From: a virus
Lineage: Duplodnaviria; Caudoviricetes
Reading direction: 5' to 3' (one strand)
IMG/VR virus record: IMGVR_UViG_3300012018_000002
Location: 32,001 to 96,000 of that record
Length of the DNA stretch: 64,000 nt
Shown: in pieces, positions 1 through 9,326 of the stretch
How the letters are laid out: every line of letters begins with the position of its first letter
How positions within the stretch are numbered: the stretch's first letter is position 1
Position numbers and translations under genes: made by a program
The notes under the pieces: generated by a model
Told to the model about the DNA's origin: nothing
The model's database searches: none
Seen by the model: the letters and a program-made list of their open reading frames with translations, nothing else

Positions 1-420
1 AGAATCACTTCTTACAGGTATATTGGTATACATTTTTTCAAAATCACCATTTTCTACTAAGCTTTTTAATCTTAATAACTCAAGTGAACTAAATGTTCCC
101 CAACTAATAGTATCTACAACTAATTCTGCTCTAGCTATACCACATGCATTAGTTGCTTCTAAAGCAAATAAAGAATCAATGTAATCATGTGACCCTTGTA
201 ATAACCAGGTTAGTTTTTCATCTACAGTTGTAACAATTCTTTTTTCTCCTCTATCTCCAGGAACATCAATAGTTCCAGGTCTAGGTTCATAAGTCTTTCT
301 TTCTCCTTTAAAATCACCTTGATTGCTTCTAAAATAAGAAACATAGTCTGAAATCATTGCTCTGAAAGATGCTGCTAACAAATCTGTTTTAGCTAACAGC
401 GTGTTTAATTTAATGCTCAT
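1..420 (-). CDS. Hypothetical phage protein, 3' end truncated by window edge (MSIKLNTLLAKTDLLAASFRAMISDY...)
   Basis: Open frame from ATG at 420 (ATGA overlap with the polymerase stop) to the window edge; absent from the ORF track because it has no stop in the window. Confidence 0.8.
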   Translation of the reverse strand, partial: MSIKLNTLLAKTDLLAASFRAMISDYVSYFRSNQGDFKGERKTYEPRPGTIDVPGDRGEKRIVTTVDEKLTWLLQGSHDYIDSLFALEATNACGIARAELVVDTISWGTFSSLELLRLKSLVENGDFEKMYTNIPVRSDS

Positions 421-2381
421 AATTTTATTTGGTTTAATTCAATTTTTTCTATTTGATTTAGTATTCTATATGCTTTTTCTATATAATAATTATAATCAAT
501 ATTATAATCATCTTTCTTAACATATCTATTAAATACTTCTATATTCCAACCTGCTTCTATTTGTGATTGTCTAGTTCCATCTTCGATGTTACCAAATATA
601 TCTATTTGAAAAGTAGGTTTCTTTTTATTCAACGGTTTCATTCTTTTTAACAAAACTTTATCAGTATTAGATATATAATATCTTACTGTTCTTTGTTCTG
701 TATATTCATCTTGTGTCATTATATCTCTAACTACAAGATTATCTTCTTTATTTGCTCTAACAGCACAACAGAAATCATATATATTCTTATGATTTCTAAT
801 TGTATCTTCTAAAGGAATATTATTTTTAAAATACTCCTGAAGTGCAATAGCAACTACTTTTCTACTTTTATTTTTATGTAATTCTAACTCTGATACAAAA
901 TCACCTTTAGTTTTAGCTTTACCATCTGGTTTTATAGCTATATAATCATTCACTGATGTTTGTGCAAACATAGTAAAATCTTGATATTCAAGATTACCCA
1001 TTGTATCATTCCCTACTTTCTTCTCCCAATCACTACATATTTTATTATAGAGTTCTTCTTTTTCTCTGTCAAGATAACATAATACACCATCTGTATTAGC
1101 AGATACTACATATATGTCATTTAACATTAAGTCCTCAATTAACATTAATAAGTCAATTTGAGAACCAATAGTAACACAATTCATACTAAAAGGGTCATAC
1201 TGCCAATTAAAGGTTTCACCCATTTTACCAAATGAGCCACCATTTAAAGCTAATTTAAAAGCTTCATCAATTGCCTTGTATTTACCATCTTTAGTTTCTT
1301 TAAATTTCTTTTTAGCACCTATTCTTTTTTGAATAATCGAAGAATAAATACCTAACCAAGGTTCACCTAAATGTCTTGGAAATAATCTTCTTTTTCTAAT
1401 AGCATTTGGATACATTGAACCAACATCTGCATCTCTTAGTAAATATCTGTTATTAGATATAAACCATCTTGGACTATCTTCACTATGTAATCCACCTTTT
1501 GCTATAGTTAATGTTAAGTAATCTACTTTAAAAGTAAATACTTGTTTTTCATCTAATTCTACCTTAACATGTTTTAGCTTATCAAAATAGTCGTTAAAAT
1601 GTTTTGTTTTAAAACTATAATAATCAGGAAAACAATCACCAAAAGTAAAATCATTACTTTCTTTTGTTAAGTTTTTTAGTTCTTGCTTTTCAACATTTGT
1701 TGTAGCAATATAATTTGTTTTTATTATTTCTTCACCTATTTTAACATCATTATAGTTAAAACAGTCTATCTTAAATTCTTCATAAATATCACCTCTTAAT
1801 GATAACTTGTTTATTCCTTTATACAAAGGATGGTCAGTTCTACCCATTGTATATTCATACAAAGCTTCAGTAGAATCAACATCATTCATACAATAATAAA
1901 TAATATCATCTACTTGTTGTTTAGTTTCAATAACAGTATCATGACTTATAGGCATCTCTCTTAAATCTTCCCAATCAATAGAAAATTGAATCCATTTAAG
2001 AGAAGTTCTTTTTGCATCATTATCAAAATGCCATATCTTAAATAAATCAAGATTAGTTACCTTTAAATCATTATAATTAGGATATTTAGATTGATTTGTT
2101 ATAATGGATTGAGCAACTTTATATATTTGATTAGCTGATAATTTTTTATCAAACATTTTTCTAATAACCTGGGCATCAAAACCTAAATTATTAAAACCGA
2201 TTAATAGAGTTACTTTGTTTTTTAAAAAATCTATTAACTCATTATAATCATCAACATCCTTCCATATAACAAATACCTTTCTTTCTTTTGTAGAAACATT
2301 TTTAAAACATACTACAAAACAATTAATTAAAGTTTCAATATCATATATCCACATCATCAAACTTTTTATCATCATATTCAA
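417..2381 (-). CDS. polB: Family B DNA polymerase with 3'-5' exonuclease
   Basis: Exo I YDIET, Exo II GFNNLGFD, Exo III YCMND; Pol A DVGSMYP, Pol B KLALNGGSFGK, Pol C ANTDG. Confidence 0.93.
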   Translation of the reverse strand: MNMMIKSLMMWIYDIETLINCFVVCFKNVSTKERKVFVIWKDVDDYNELIDFLKNKVTLLIGFNNLGFDAQVIRKMFDKKLSANQIYKVAQSIITNQSKYPNYNDLKVTNLDLFKIWHFDNDAKRTSLKWIQFSIDWEDLREMPISHDTVIETKQQVDDIIYYCMNDVDSTEALYEYTMGRTDHPLYKGINKLSLRGDIYEEFKIDCFNYNDVKIGEEIIKTNYIATTNVEKQELKNLTKESNDFTFGDCFPDYYSFKTKHFNDYFDKLKHVKVELDEKQVFTFKVDYLTLTIAKGGLHSEDSPRWFISNNRYLLRDADVGSMYPNAIRKRRLFPRHLGEPWLGIYSSIIQKRIGAKKKFKETKDGKYKAIDEAFKLALNGGSFGKMGETFNWQYDPFSMNCVTIGSQIDLLMLIEDLMLNDIYVVSANTDGVLCYLDREKEELYNKICSDWEKKVGNDTMGNLEYQDFTMFAQTSVNDYIAIKPDGKAKTKGDFVSELELHKNKSRKVVAIALQEYFKNNIPLEDTIRNHKNIYDFCCAVRANKEDNLVVRDIMTQDEYTEQRTVRYYISNTDKVLLKRMKPLNKKKPTFQIDIFGNIEDGTRQSQIEAGWNIEVFNRYVKKDDYNIDYNYYIEKAYRILNQIEKIELNQIKL

Positions 2382-2784
2382 GTTTTATCGGATGAAAAAA
2401 CTTATTTATATGAGGGTCTACGTTTTCATTTATTTCATGCTCATCAAAATGTTGATAAGTAGTATATTTAATTACTTTTCTTTTATCTTTTCCTGCATAT
2501 AATACTTTCCTTATGTTCATAACTTTCTGAAAACCAATAGGATATACTTTACTTTCTACAAATTCTATTAGCCATTTTTCACTAGAATATATAGTAGGTT
2601 GATAATCAATCATTTCATTTGGATTCTGTTCATTGTATTTATCAACATTAGATAAAAGATGAAGGTCATCATCACTATAAAAACTTAAACCTTCACCTTT
2701 GTATTTAAGCAATTTAGCTTTACCAACATAATTTTTATTATTTTGATAATCTAAATAAATATCTTCTACTTTATTTTTTTTCAT
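2341..2784 (-). CDS. Hypothetical protein
   Basis: 147 aa ORF in a tightly overlapping minus-strand operon. Confidence 0.75.
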   Translation of the reverse strand: MKKNKVEDIYLDYQNNKNYVGKAKLLKYKGEGLSFYSDDDLHLLSNVDKYNEQNPNEMIDYQPTIYSSEKWLIEFVESKVYPIGFQKVMNIRKVLYAGKDKRKVIKYTTYQHFDEHEINENVDPHINKFFHPIKLEYDDKKFDDVDI

Positions 2785-3049
2785 TTACAATACAGAAATT
2801 ATCATTATAAATACCAGTTTTAAAATTATGTTGTTTAAAACTTTCTTTATTATTTAAGTAATTAATTAAGTATTCCTTTGCCACATTCAAACTAATAATA
2901 TTAAAACCAGCATCATATTGTTGCATTACATTTAAAAATATAATGTTTGGAACACTTACAATATTAATTTCAGGAAATATTATTAGTTGTTGAATTGCAT
3001 TATACAGAACGTCTTTTATTGGTTCCCAAGGATATATTTTTTCTTCCAT
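2771..3049 (-). CDS. Hypothetical protein
   Basis: 92 aa ORF overlapping both neighbours. Confidence 0.65.
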   Translation of the reverse strand: MEEKIYPWEPIKDVLYNAIQQLIIFPEINIVSVPNIIFLNVMQQYDAGFNIISLNVAKEYLINYLNNKESFKQHNFKTGIYNDNFCIVNEKK

Positions 3050-3413
3050 GAACTGCTTTTTTTAATTCTTGAAAAGTATTTTCTTTTAATTTTCTTACTA
3101 ACATTGACATTAAACCTCTTGGTTCATAACCTGAATTAATTAAAGCCAAAAACGCAGCTTTTTTTGCATTAATACTTAATCTTTCAAAGTGTCTATTATA
3201 ATTAATACCATAACTTAACATACTATTAACCTTAGCTACACCTAATTCAGTTAATGGGTCTACAATAGCATAAGCATCTATTAATTTCTTTTCTGCTAGA
3301 GAAATTAATGCATTTTGAGTATTATAATCATCAGGTTCTACATTGATAAAATCTAATGAACCTTCATGTAATCTCAATAAAGTAATTGCTTCGTTTATAT
3401 TTAATTTTTCCAT
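3000..3413 (-). CDS. Hypothetical protein
   Basis: 137 aa ORF with A-rich leader. Confidence 0.7.
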   Translation of the reverse strand: MEKLNINEAITLLRLHEGSLDFINVEPDDYNTQNALISLAEKKLIDAYAIVDPLTELGVAKVNSMLSYGINYNRHFERLSINAKKAAFLALINSGYEPRGLMSMLVRKLKENTFQELKKAVHGRKNISLGTNKRRSV

Positions 3414-3414
3414 A

Positions 3415-3451
3415 ATAAAAAAATATTGGGAGAGCCATATACCCTCCCAAT
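3415..3451 (-). terminator. Intrinsic terminator-like hairpin after the 3461-3877 gene
   Basis: ATTGGGAG/CTCCCAAT stem followed by a T-run on the minus strand. Confidence 0.6.
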
Positions 3452-3460
3452 AAACTAAAT

Positions 3461-3877
3461 TTAATCAGCCAATACTGGAGCTGATAATCTTCTGCTTAAA
3501 GTTCTTTCAACAAGAACCTCAAAGTCAGGAGCATCTGTATCACCTAATACAATAGCTGTATAGGTATTAACAGTTCTTACTTCACCTGAATTGGTATCAG
3601 TGATACTATAAGGTTCTACTGTTCTTGTAACAATATCACCTGTAACATATTCACCTACCGGCAAACTATAACCAAATTCTTCTTTTCCATTAAGATATGA
3701 TTCCTCATATACATTCATAGAAGAAGTTTTTGTTGGAACGCTCACACGAACATTTCCCACACCAGGAACATTTTGCATCTGTGTGCCAATTGTCTGGAAA
3801 GTGATAGTTTTGTAATTTTTGCCATTTTTGTCTTGTTTAACGGCAGATTCGGCTACTTTTTTCAAAAGTTTTCCCAT
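3461..3877 (-). CDS. Beta-rich protein, possibly ssDNA-binding (function tentative)
   Basis: 138 aa, alternating beta-strand pattern, own terminator, in the replication arm; function is inference only. Confidence 0.45.
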   Translation of the reverse strand: MGKLLKKVAESAVKQDKNGKNYKTITFQTIGTQMQNVPGVGNVRVSVPTKTSSMNVYEESYLNGKEEFGYSLPVGEYVTGDIVTRTVEPYSITDTNSGEVRTVNTYTAIVLGDTDAPDFEVLVERTLSRRLSAPVLAD

Positions 3878-3932
3878 TTTTTCTAATTTTTAATTGTTTT
3901 TTGACTGATGAGCAGTTCCACCCTGTAGATTA

Positions 3933-4106
3933 CTACAATTTTAAAAGGCTTCTAAGATTATTGAAATGAAATACTTCATGGAATCTTGTAATTCCAGGGT
4001 TTCCATCTTTCAAAGAATCATAAACTTTTTTGTTTTGGAAAGCAGGAGTCTTTTTTTTGGCTAGACTAAGTGCTTGTTTTTTGTTGATTGTTGATGTAAT
4101 TATCAT
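3933..4106 (-). CDS. Small hypothetical protein (57 aa, MIITSTINKKQ...)
   Basis: ATGA overlap with the upstream gene stop; below ORF-track cutoff. Confidence 0.55.
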   Translation of the reverse strand: MIITSTINKKQALSLAKKKTPAFQNKKVYDSLKDGNPGITRFHEVFHFNNLRSLLKL

Positions 4107-4408
4107 ATAGCTGATTTTAAATGAAAAATCTTCCTTCTTACTATCAATAAAGTTTCAGGTTTACCATTGATTGATGCTTCATGAGAAGACATAATAGTAT
4201 CACCTTTCTGTTCTTTATATTTAGATTCAATTATTCTAAAACGTATAAATTGAGCAACTTTGTTTTTATTAGTTAATCTGTAATTTCTTTGAAATCTATT
4301 TGGATAGAATATCGGTGTTCCATCTTCTTCAACTCCAAGCTGTGTTCTGGTTATATGATAACCAAGCGGTAGAGATTTTACTTGTTCTCTTGTATACGGT
4401 TTATTCAT
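4103..4408 (-). CDS. Hypothetical protein
   Basis: 101 aa ORF translationally coupled to the kinase. Confidence 0.7.
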   Translation of the reverse strand: MNKPYTREQVKSLPLGYHITRTQLGVEEDGTPIFYPNRFQRNYRLTNKNKVAQFIRFRIIESKYKEQKGDTIMSSHEASINGKPETLLIVRRKIFHLKSAI

Positions 4409-5931
4409 AATTTATTAATTAATATTACTTTATCATCTGTTTGACAAATAATACCTGCTTTTGATGTTGTTAATATTGAATTTTCTGTGATATAATCACA
4501 TGAAATTTCTGCTACCTTTGTAGAAAAAGAATATACATCTAATCTTTTATCTTCAGGAACAAATGTTAAGTTATTTAATACACAAAATCTTCGCATATCA
4601 TCTAACTCTGGTCCTAATTCAAGAGACATTCCATCAACTGTAGCCAAATAAGTTTTAATTCTATTTCCTTCTTTTATTTTAATACATAACATTTTATCTC
4701 TCTTATAAGCATCTCTTATATCATATTTTGTTCTTAATGTGAACAAACCTGATGGATGTGCCCATAATAACCATTTCTGACCACTTATACTTTGAATTAA
4801 TACTTCATCTCCTTTAACTAAAGAAGGTATATAAATATTATTCTTATATAATTGTTTTATATTTAAATCAAATATGGTATAACTATCAGCTAAATTACTT
4901 AATCCAATAAAATAATCACCAGATTTAAATAATAAAGGATGTGGAGACCAAGGTTTAAATGTAGTAGTAAATGTTGAATGAACAGATATATCATATTGTG
5001 ACATTACATTGTTCTTATCAAAAGTTATCAACATGTTGTTAATTACTTCATAATATTTTACATTATCTTGTATCTGTTTGATACTTAAAGAGTTAACAAT
5101 AGATGTAACAATTTTAGGAGTTGATTTTTGAATGATTTTTAAGTCATCTAAATCAATTATAAATCTTCTGTCATATTGAAATATATCTAAAAATTGATTA
5201 TGAATACGAGAATTAGTAATCGGTTCATAAAACGAAGGAATAATAATATCAGTATTTTTTGATAATATTGACAAATGTTTTAATACTCTCTCTTCTATTG
5301 TCTTATATTTTTTGTGAACACCCTTATATGGATGCATAAATGTAGAAGCATTAAAAGTGAGAATACTAAGGCTGAAATAATCAGAGTATTTGTCTATTTT
5401 ATCATGTAACCAATCTCTAATATCATTTAACATAATACCAGAATGTGGTTTACTGTTTGTTTGATAACTATCAGTATCAATAAAATAAACATCTCCATTA
5501 TTTGTAAAAAGTAAATTATAAGGATTTAAATCACCTATAACTACATCATGACTATGTGCTTCTTTTAAGCCTTTAATAAGAGAGTCAAATACTTTCTTTT
5601 TAAAATCAGAATCATAGTTGTTTTTATTACATTCAGCTTTACTAAATAAATTTGTAAATGGAAACATACTTCCCATATCTAAATAAGGCATAGAAAAACC
5701 TACGATTTGCTTACGTATATTGTAATACAAATCAATAGGTTTAATAAATTGCGAACTTAATTTAGATAATTCATTTAGAAAAGTTTGATTAATAGTTGGT
5801 TTTATATGAGAGTGATATATTTTTACTACTCTGTCTTTTGACATTTTATAAATAATACCTTCACCTCCACTACCAAGTTCTTTTGAAGTGTCTATTGTTA
5901 CTTCGTTTCCTTTGTTATCAAATATTTTCAT
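4405..5931 (-). CDS. Ser/Thr protein kinase (TerY-P triad type) with beta-rich C-terminal domain
   Basis: Gly loop GSGGEG, VVKIY lysine, catalytic GDLNPYN, DTDS in place of DFG. Confidence 0.88.
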   Translation of the reverse strand: MKIFDNKGNEVTIDTSKELGSGGEGIIYKMSKDRVVKIYHSHIKPTINQTFLNELSKLSSQFIKPIDLYYNIRKQIVGFSMPYLDMGSMFPFTNLFSKAECNKNNYDSDFKKKVFDSLIKGLKEAHSHDVVIGDLNPYNLLFTNNGDVYFIDTDSYQTNSKPHSGIMLNDIRDWLHDKIDKYSDYFSLSILTFNASTFMHPYKGVHKKYKTIEERVLKHLSILSKNTDIIIPSFYEPITNSRIHNQFLDIFQYDRRFIIDLDDLKIIQKSTPKIVTSIVNSLSIKQIQDNVKYYEVINNMLITFDKNNVMSQYDISVHSTFTTTFKPWSPHPLLFKSGDYFIGLSNLADSYTIFDLNIKQLYKNNIYIPSLVKGDEVLIQSISGQKWLLWAHPSGLFTLRTKYDIRDAYKRDKMLCIKIKEGNRIKTYLATVDGMSLELGPELDDMRRFCVLNNLTFVPEDKRLDVYSFSTKVAEISCDYITENSILTTSKAGIICQTDDKVILINKL

Positions 5932-6628
5932 ATCGAATTATAGATATATCATCTTCATATCTATGTGTATTAGAAATTATATTTAATTTTCTATCCAACA
6001 TAGCATGAGAATGATGTAGTGATAAATCATCCAATAAATAATCTATTGGATTTATTTCTGTTTGTTTTATAAGTCTGATTGCTTCAATACCATCAGTGCA
6101 AATGCTAAACTTCTCAACATCTTTATAAACAGCAGTATTTTTTTCTATATAATTATCCAAGTCTTTAAAATTATAAACTAGATAATCAGGTGCATTATTT
6201 GGAGATATAATATTAATCATTACATTGTTAATATAAATACTACCATCACCAAATGAATATACCACTAATACCTTTTTATATGGATTATATATAAAAATTA
6301 AAGCTGTTGATAAACATTCCATTTCTTTAAAATTTAAAACAGCTACTGCTGCTTTAAATGTTTTTATTGCATCATTAATAGGAGTTAATAACTCCTTATG
6401 AGTAATTACATCTAAATATTTAAAGAAATCTCTAACGTATGGATACCAATTATCAAATGCATTTTTAAAACATGTAGATAATAATCCAGAAGCTAAATGG
6501 CTTCTAATTCCACTACTACATCCATCAAAAACACCACCAATAATCAATGAATCAAACTCAAGAACAAAGAGGGAATCCTCACAATAATTCTTGTGAGAAT
6601 CCCCTTTTCTTATTCCTGTCCAAATCAT
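5918..6628 (-). CDS. PP2C-family protein phosphatase
   Basis: CEDS, VFDGCSSG, GDG, CTDG, EDDIS metal-binding motifs. Confidence 0.88.
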   Translation of the reverse strand: MIWTGIRKGDSHKNYCEDSLFVLEFDSLIIGGVFDGCSSGIRSHLASGLLSTCFKNAFDNWYPYVRDFFKYLDVITHKELLTPINDAIKTFKAAVAVLNFKEMECLSTALIFIYNPYKKVLVVYSFGDGSIYINNVMINIISPNNAPDYLVYNFKDLDNYIEKNTAVYKDVEKFSICTDGIEAIRLIKQTEINPIDYLLDDLSLHHSHAMLDRKLNIISNTHRYEDDISIIRYENI

Positions 6629-6631
6629 TTT

Positions 6632-7312
6632 TTAAAATTGAATAGGCTGATTAGTTGAGCTTTTACTTACAGAAGCAGAGATAAAGCCAATAAGCTTTCT
6701 TACTTCTTTACCTGTATTACCTACTACAGCCAAATGTTTAAATCCTGATGAATTAAAAGAACTTTCATAATATTGTCTGTTACCAATACCAAAGAAAATA
6801 GTTTCAAATGAAAAAACATTTCTTTCTTCTTTCATTAAATCCTGTAATTGTCTTTTAACATCAGTAAGGTCTCTACCTGTATTAGATTCTCCATCAGTAA
6901 TTACAAAAACCAATGATTTACAGTTAACACCTGTTTTTTCAAGGTCTTCTCTGTATTTAACAGTGGCTTCTACTGCTTTAAAAGCAGCATCACCTAATGC
7001 AGTGCTACTACCTTTTGGTATAAATGTTACATGTGAAGCATCAATATTAACAATAGGCTGAAAACCTGTGCGGTCAACAACATTTTCATTAAACTCAATG
7101 ATTTTAACCATTAATTTGCTTGATACATGACTTCTTTGCATTTCTGCAATAAATTCACTAAAAGCAGAATTTAAATCATCTACTTTATCTTCCATTGAAG
7201 GAGAAATATCACATGCAATAGTTACCAAAATTACTTCATCTGTTTGTATTTCAGTTGGGTCAAAGTTGTCAAAACCAAACCCTGGAGTTATTAAATTAAA
7301 TTGATTTTCCAT
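6632..7312 (-). CDS. TerY-like von Willebrand factor A domain protein
   Basis: MIDAS DISPS...T(STALGDA)...ITDG; upstream of PP2C and kinase. Confidence 0.85.
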   Translation of the reverse strand: MENQFNLITPGFGFDNFDPTEIQTDEVILVTIACDISPSMEDKVDDLNSAFSEFIAEMQRSHVSSKLMVKIIEFNENVVDRTGFQPIVNIDASHVTFIPKGSSTALGDAAFKAVEATVKYREDLEKTGVNCKSLVFVITDGESNTGRDLTDVKRQLQDLMKEERNVFSFETIFFGIGNRQYYESSFNSSGFKHLAVVGNTGKEVRKLIGFISASVSKSSTNQPIQF

Positions 7313-8115
7313 TATAATAAATTATTTGTAGATTTAGAAACTCTAACACCTTTACTGATACAATCAGTATAAATGTCATTTACTTGTTGATAAAAAGCTG
7401 GTGGTAAATCAGGAACATCGCTCATACAATCTTCAAGAATAATAATCTTAGAAGCTAATGCAGGAACTTCATTTACTGCTTGGCGTAAACTATTAGCCAC
7501 ACAATGACTACGAGCTTCACCAACCAAATAAACATCATCATATTCCATTAGTGTTTTAACCAAATCCTGATTAAATTGAGTTTTTGGGTCTTCAGGCATT
7601 TCAATATTTGCCCTGAATGCACCAAAATGCTCAGTATAAGGATTATCACCTTTTGTTACAAATTTCACAGGAATTTTTCTTGTAGCTTCCCATTCATTAA
7701 TTGCCGCATGAAGAGGTTCATACAATGAAGCACCTTTACTACCAATCAAACAATGATAAGTCCAGATAAAATGAGAGAACTCACCTTGTTCTTCTAATCG
7801 TTTTACATAATCTATACTCCAAGTAGGAGCAAATAAAGGTGTATATTTACCATCCAATAAATCCTGATAGGAAATTGGTGTAAATGGTAAAACATTTACT
7901 CCATCTTTATCTACCCACCATGAAGGATGAGAAATATCAATAGTTCTATGTGAGTCCAAGGTGCAAGATATAGAACTAATTTCTGCACCATGTTTTTTAA
8001 TAAATGCAGCAACTCTGTCCATGTCATTAGTTGCACCTTTAACAGGTAAAGCACTTCCTGGTAAATCCATGAAATCTACCTGTCCATCAATAATTAATAA
8101 TGCTATTTTTTTCAT
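7312..8115 (-). CDS. Isochorismatase/nicotinamidase-family cysteine hydrolase
   Basis: IIDGQVDF Asp, DSH and HC metal ligands, TKG Lys, ARSHCV Cys nucleophile. Confidence 0.85.
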   Translation of the reverse strand: MKKIALLIIDGQVDFMDLPGSALPVKGATNDMDRVAAFIKKHGAEISSISCTLDSHRTIDISHPSWWVDKDGVNVLPFTPISYQDLLDGKYTPLFAPTWSIDYVKRLEEQGEFSHFIWTYHCLIGSKGASLYEPLHAAINEWEATRKIPVKFVTKGDNPYTEHFGAFRANIEMPEDPKTQFNQDLVKTLMEYDDVYLVGEARSHCVANSLRQAVNEVPALASKIIILEDCMSDVPDLPPAFYQQVNDIYTDCISKGVRVSKSTNNLL

Positions 8116-8651
8116 AATGTTTCTTTTGATTCTTCAATTTGTTTTAAATCTTTTGGTGGTATAATAGGTAAGTAAACTTCTTCTCCAACCTCTAAACCAA
8201 TTTCAATAAAGTCAGGAATATTTTTTAAATCTTCTTCTGTAATAAAATGTTTTCTCAAACCTAATACTTCAATGTCTGAAGATTTTTTTCTACTAAAATA
8301 AGCATTCCATACTAATGTGCGAAATTGTTTAGAATGAATAAATGGAAATAATAAATTAGCAATTTGCTCATTATTCATTTTAATAAAATTTCTAACATCC
8401 ATTACTACTGGAAATGTAGCTTCAATATTTCTTTTATACAATACCTTGTTTAAAGATTCCATTCTTGCTACTTCTTTGTTTTGAACATCTTCATAGTATT
8501 TAGATACTGATTCAGATGCTACAGTTTTTCTTTCTTCTCCTATCATCTTTTCGATGATGCAGGTTGTTTTTGTGGTTACTTTACCTTCTTCTACAGTAGT
8601 TGTATACTGCCAACGAATATAATAGTCTTCACCATTGTAGTTAATTTTCAT
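8112..8651 (-). CDS. Hypothetical protein
   Basis: 179 aa ORF, first gene of the cassette. Confidence 0.75.
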   Translation of the reverse strand: MKINYNGEDYYIRWQYTTTVEEGKVTTKTTCIIEKMIGEERKTVASESVSKYYEDVQNKEVARMESLNKVLYKRNIEATFPVVMDVRNFIKMNNEQIANLLFPFIHSKQFRTLVWNAYFSRKKSSDIEVLGLRKHFITEEDLKNIPDFIEIGLEVGEEVYLPIIPPKDLKQIEESKETL

Positions 8652-8777
8652 AATATATTATTTTTAAATTAAATTATTAAAAAAGTAAAGCACGGAAAAA
8701 CACTTTACTCGATTTTTAACTAAACTATTTATTATCCCTTTTTAAATGTTTAAATAATTAATTAATATTCCGTTCAG

Positions 8778-9082
8778 TGGACCTGGTGAGATTTGAACTC
8801 ACGTCCAGACAAATTTTCATAAATAGATTTATTCATAGGCTTAGTTTATTCAGGGATAAACTGGGGTTTTTAAGGAATACTCCACCATCTTATTTTTAAT
8901 AGAATAAGAAAACTATTTTGTTAGACTAATTCAGCTTCCACTGCTAAGTTAGCATCAATATATGCTAACACATCGTCTGATGTTGTTGATGATAATTCGT
9001 CATCTAAAAGTTTGCTATTTTAAAGCATAGCTGCTCTACCTAATCTATTTACTGCTATATGCTGTCAATACCTGTCAAGCCC
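8778..9082 (-). ncRNA. ssrA: tmRNA, predicted tag (A)DELSSTTSDDVLAYIDANLAVEAELV
   Basis: 5' GGGCTTGACAGGTATTGACAGC and 3' GACGTGAGTTCAAATCTCACCAGGTCCA form an Ala-type acceptor with G3-U70 plus a T arm; internal reading frame 9001-8921 after the TTTAGAT|GAC resume context. Confidence 0.9.
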
Positions 9083-9094
9083 ATAATTAAAAGG

Positions 9095-9169
9095 TGGAAG
9101 AGGGATAGAATTGAACTACCAAGAAAAATCGCTATGATATTTCCAATTTTAAAAAACCTTTCCTCTTCC
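9095..9169 (-). ncRNA. tRNA-like RNA with 8-bp acceptor and no canonical anticodon arm
   Basis: GGAAGAGG/CCTCTTCC-A-CC acceptor, GGTAG-TTCAATT-CTATC T arm; D and anticodon regions non-canonical. Confidence 0.55.
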
Positions 9170-9181
9170 ATGTAAATAAAA

Positions 9182-9249
9182 ATAGTAAGGAAAAATCTTC
9201 AGAGTTTTATTTCACCAAAAGAAGTAACTCTAAACAACACCATTACTAT
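9182..9249 (-). ncRNA. Minimal Y-RNA-like module (copy D)
   Basis: ATAGTAA-T-GGTG...TTTAGAG-TTACTTC...CTCTGAA..TTTTCC-TTACTAT; same motif as the other four copies. Confidence 0.7.
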
Positions 9250-9251
9250 AG

Positions 9252-9324
9252 TATCAGGTATGGGATTTGAACCCATGTGTTTACCGTGAAAGGGCAAAAT
9301 CCTGGACCACTAGATGAACCTGAC
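9252..9324 (-). tRNA. tRNA-Glu(TTC)
   Basis: GTCAGGT/ACCTGAT acceptor, CT-TTC-AC loop, ATGGG-TTCAAAT-CCCAT T arm. Confidence 0.9.
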
Positions 9325-9326
9325 AT

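Noticed and set aside
3905-3975. Hammerhead from CTGATGAG on the plus strand
   Set aside because: No stem II/GAAA/stem III arrangement, and it is antisense to the local genes
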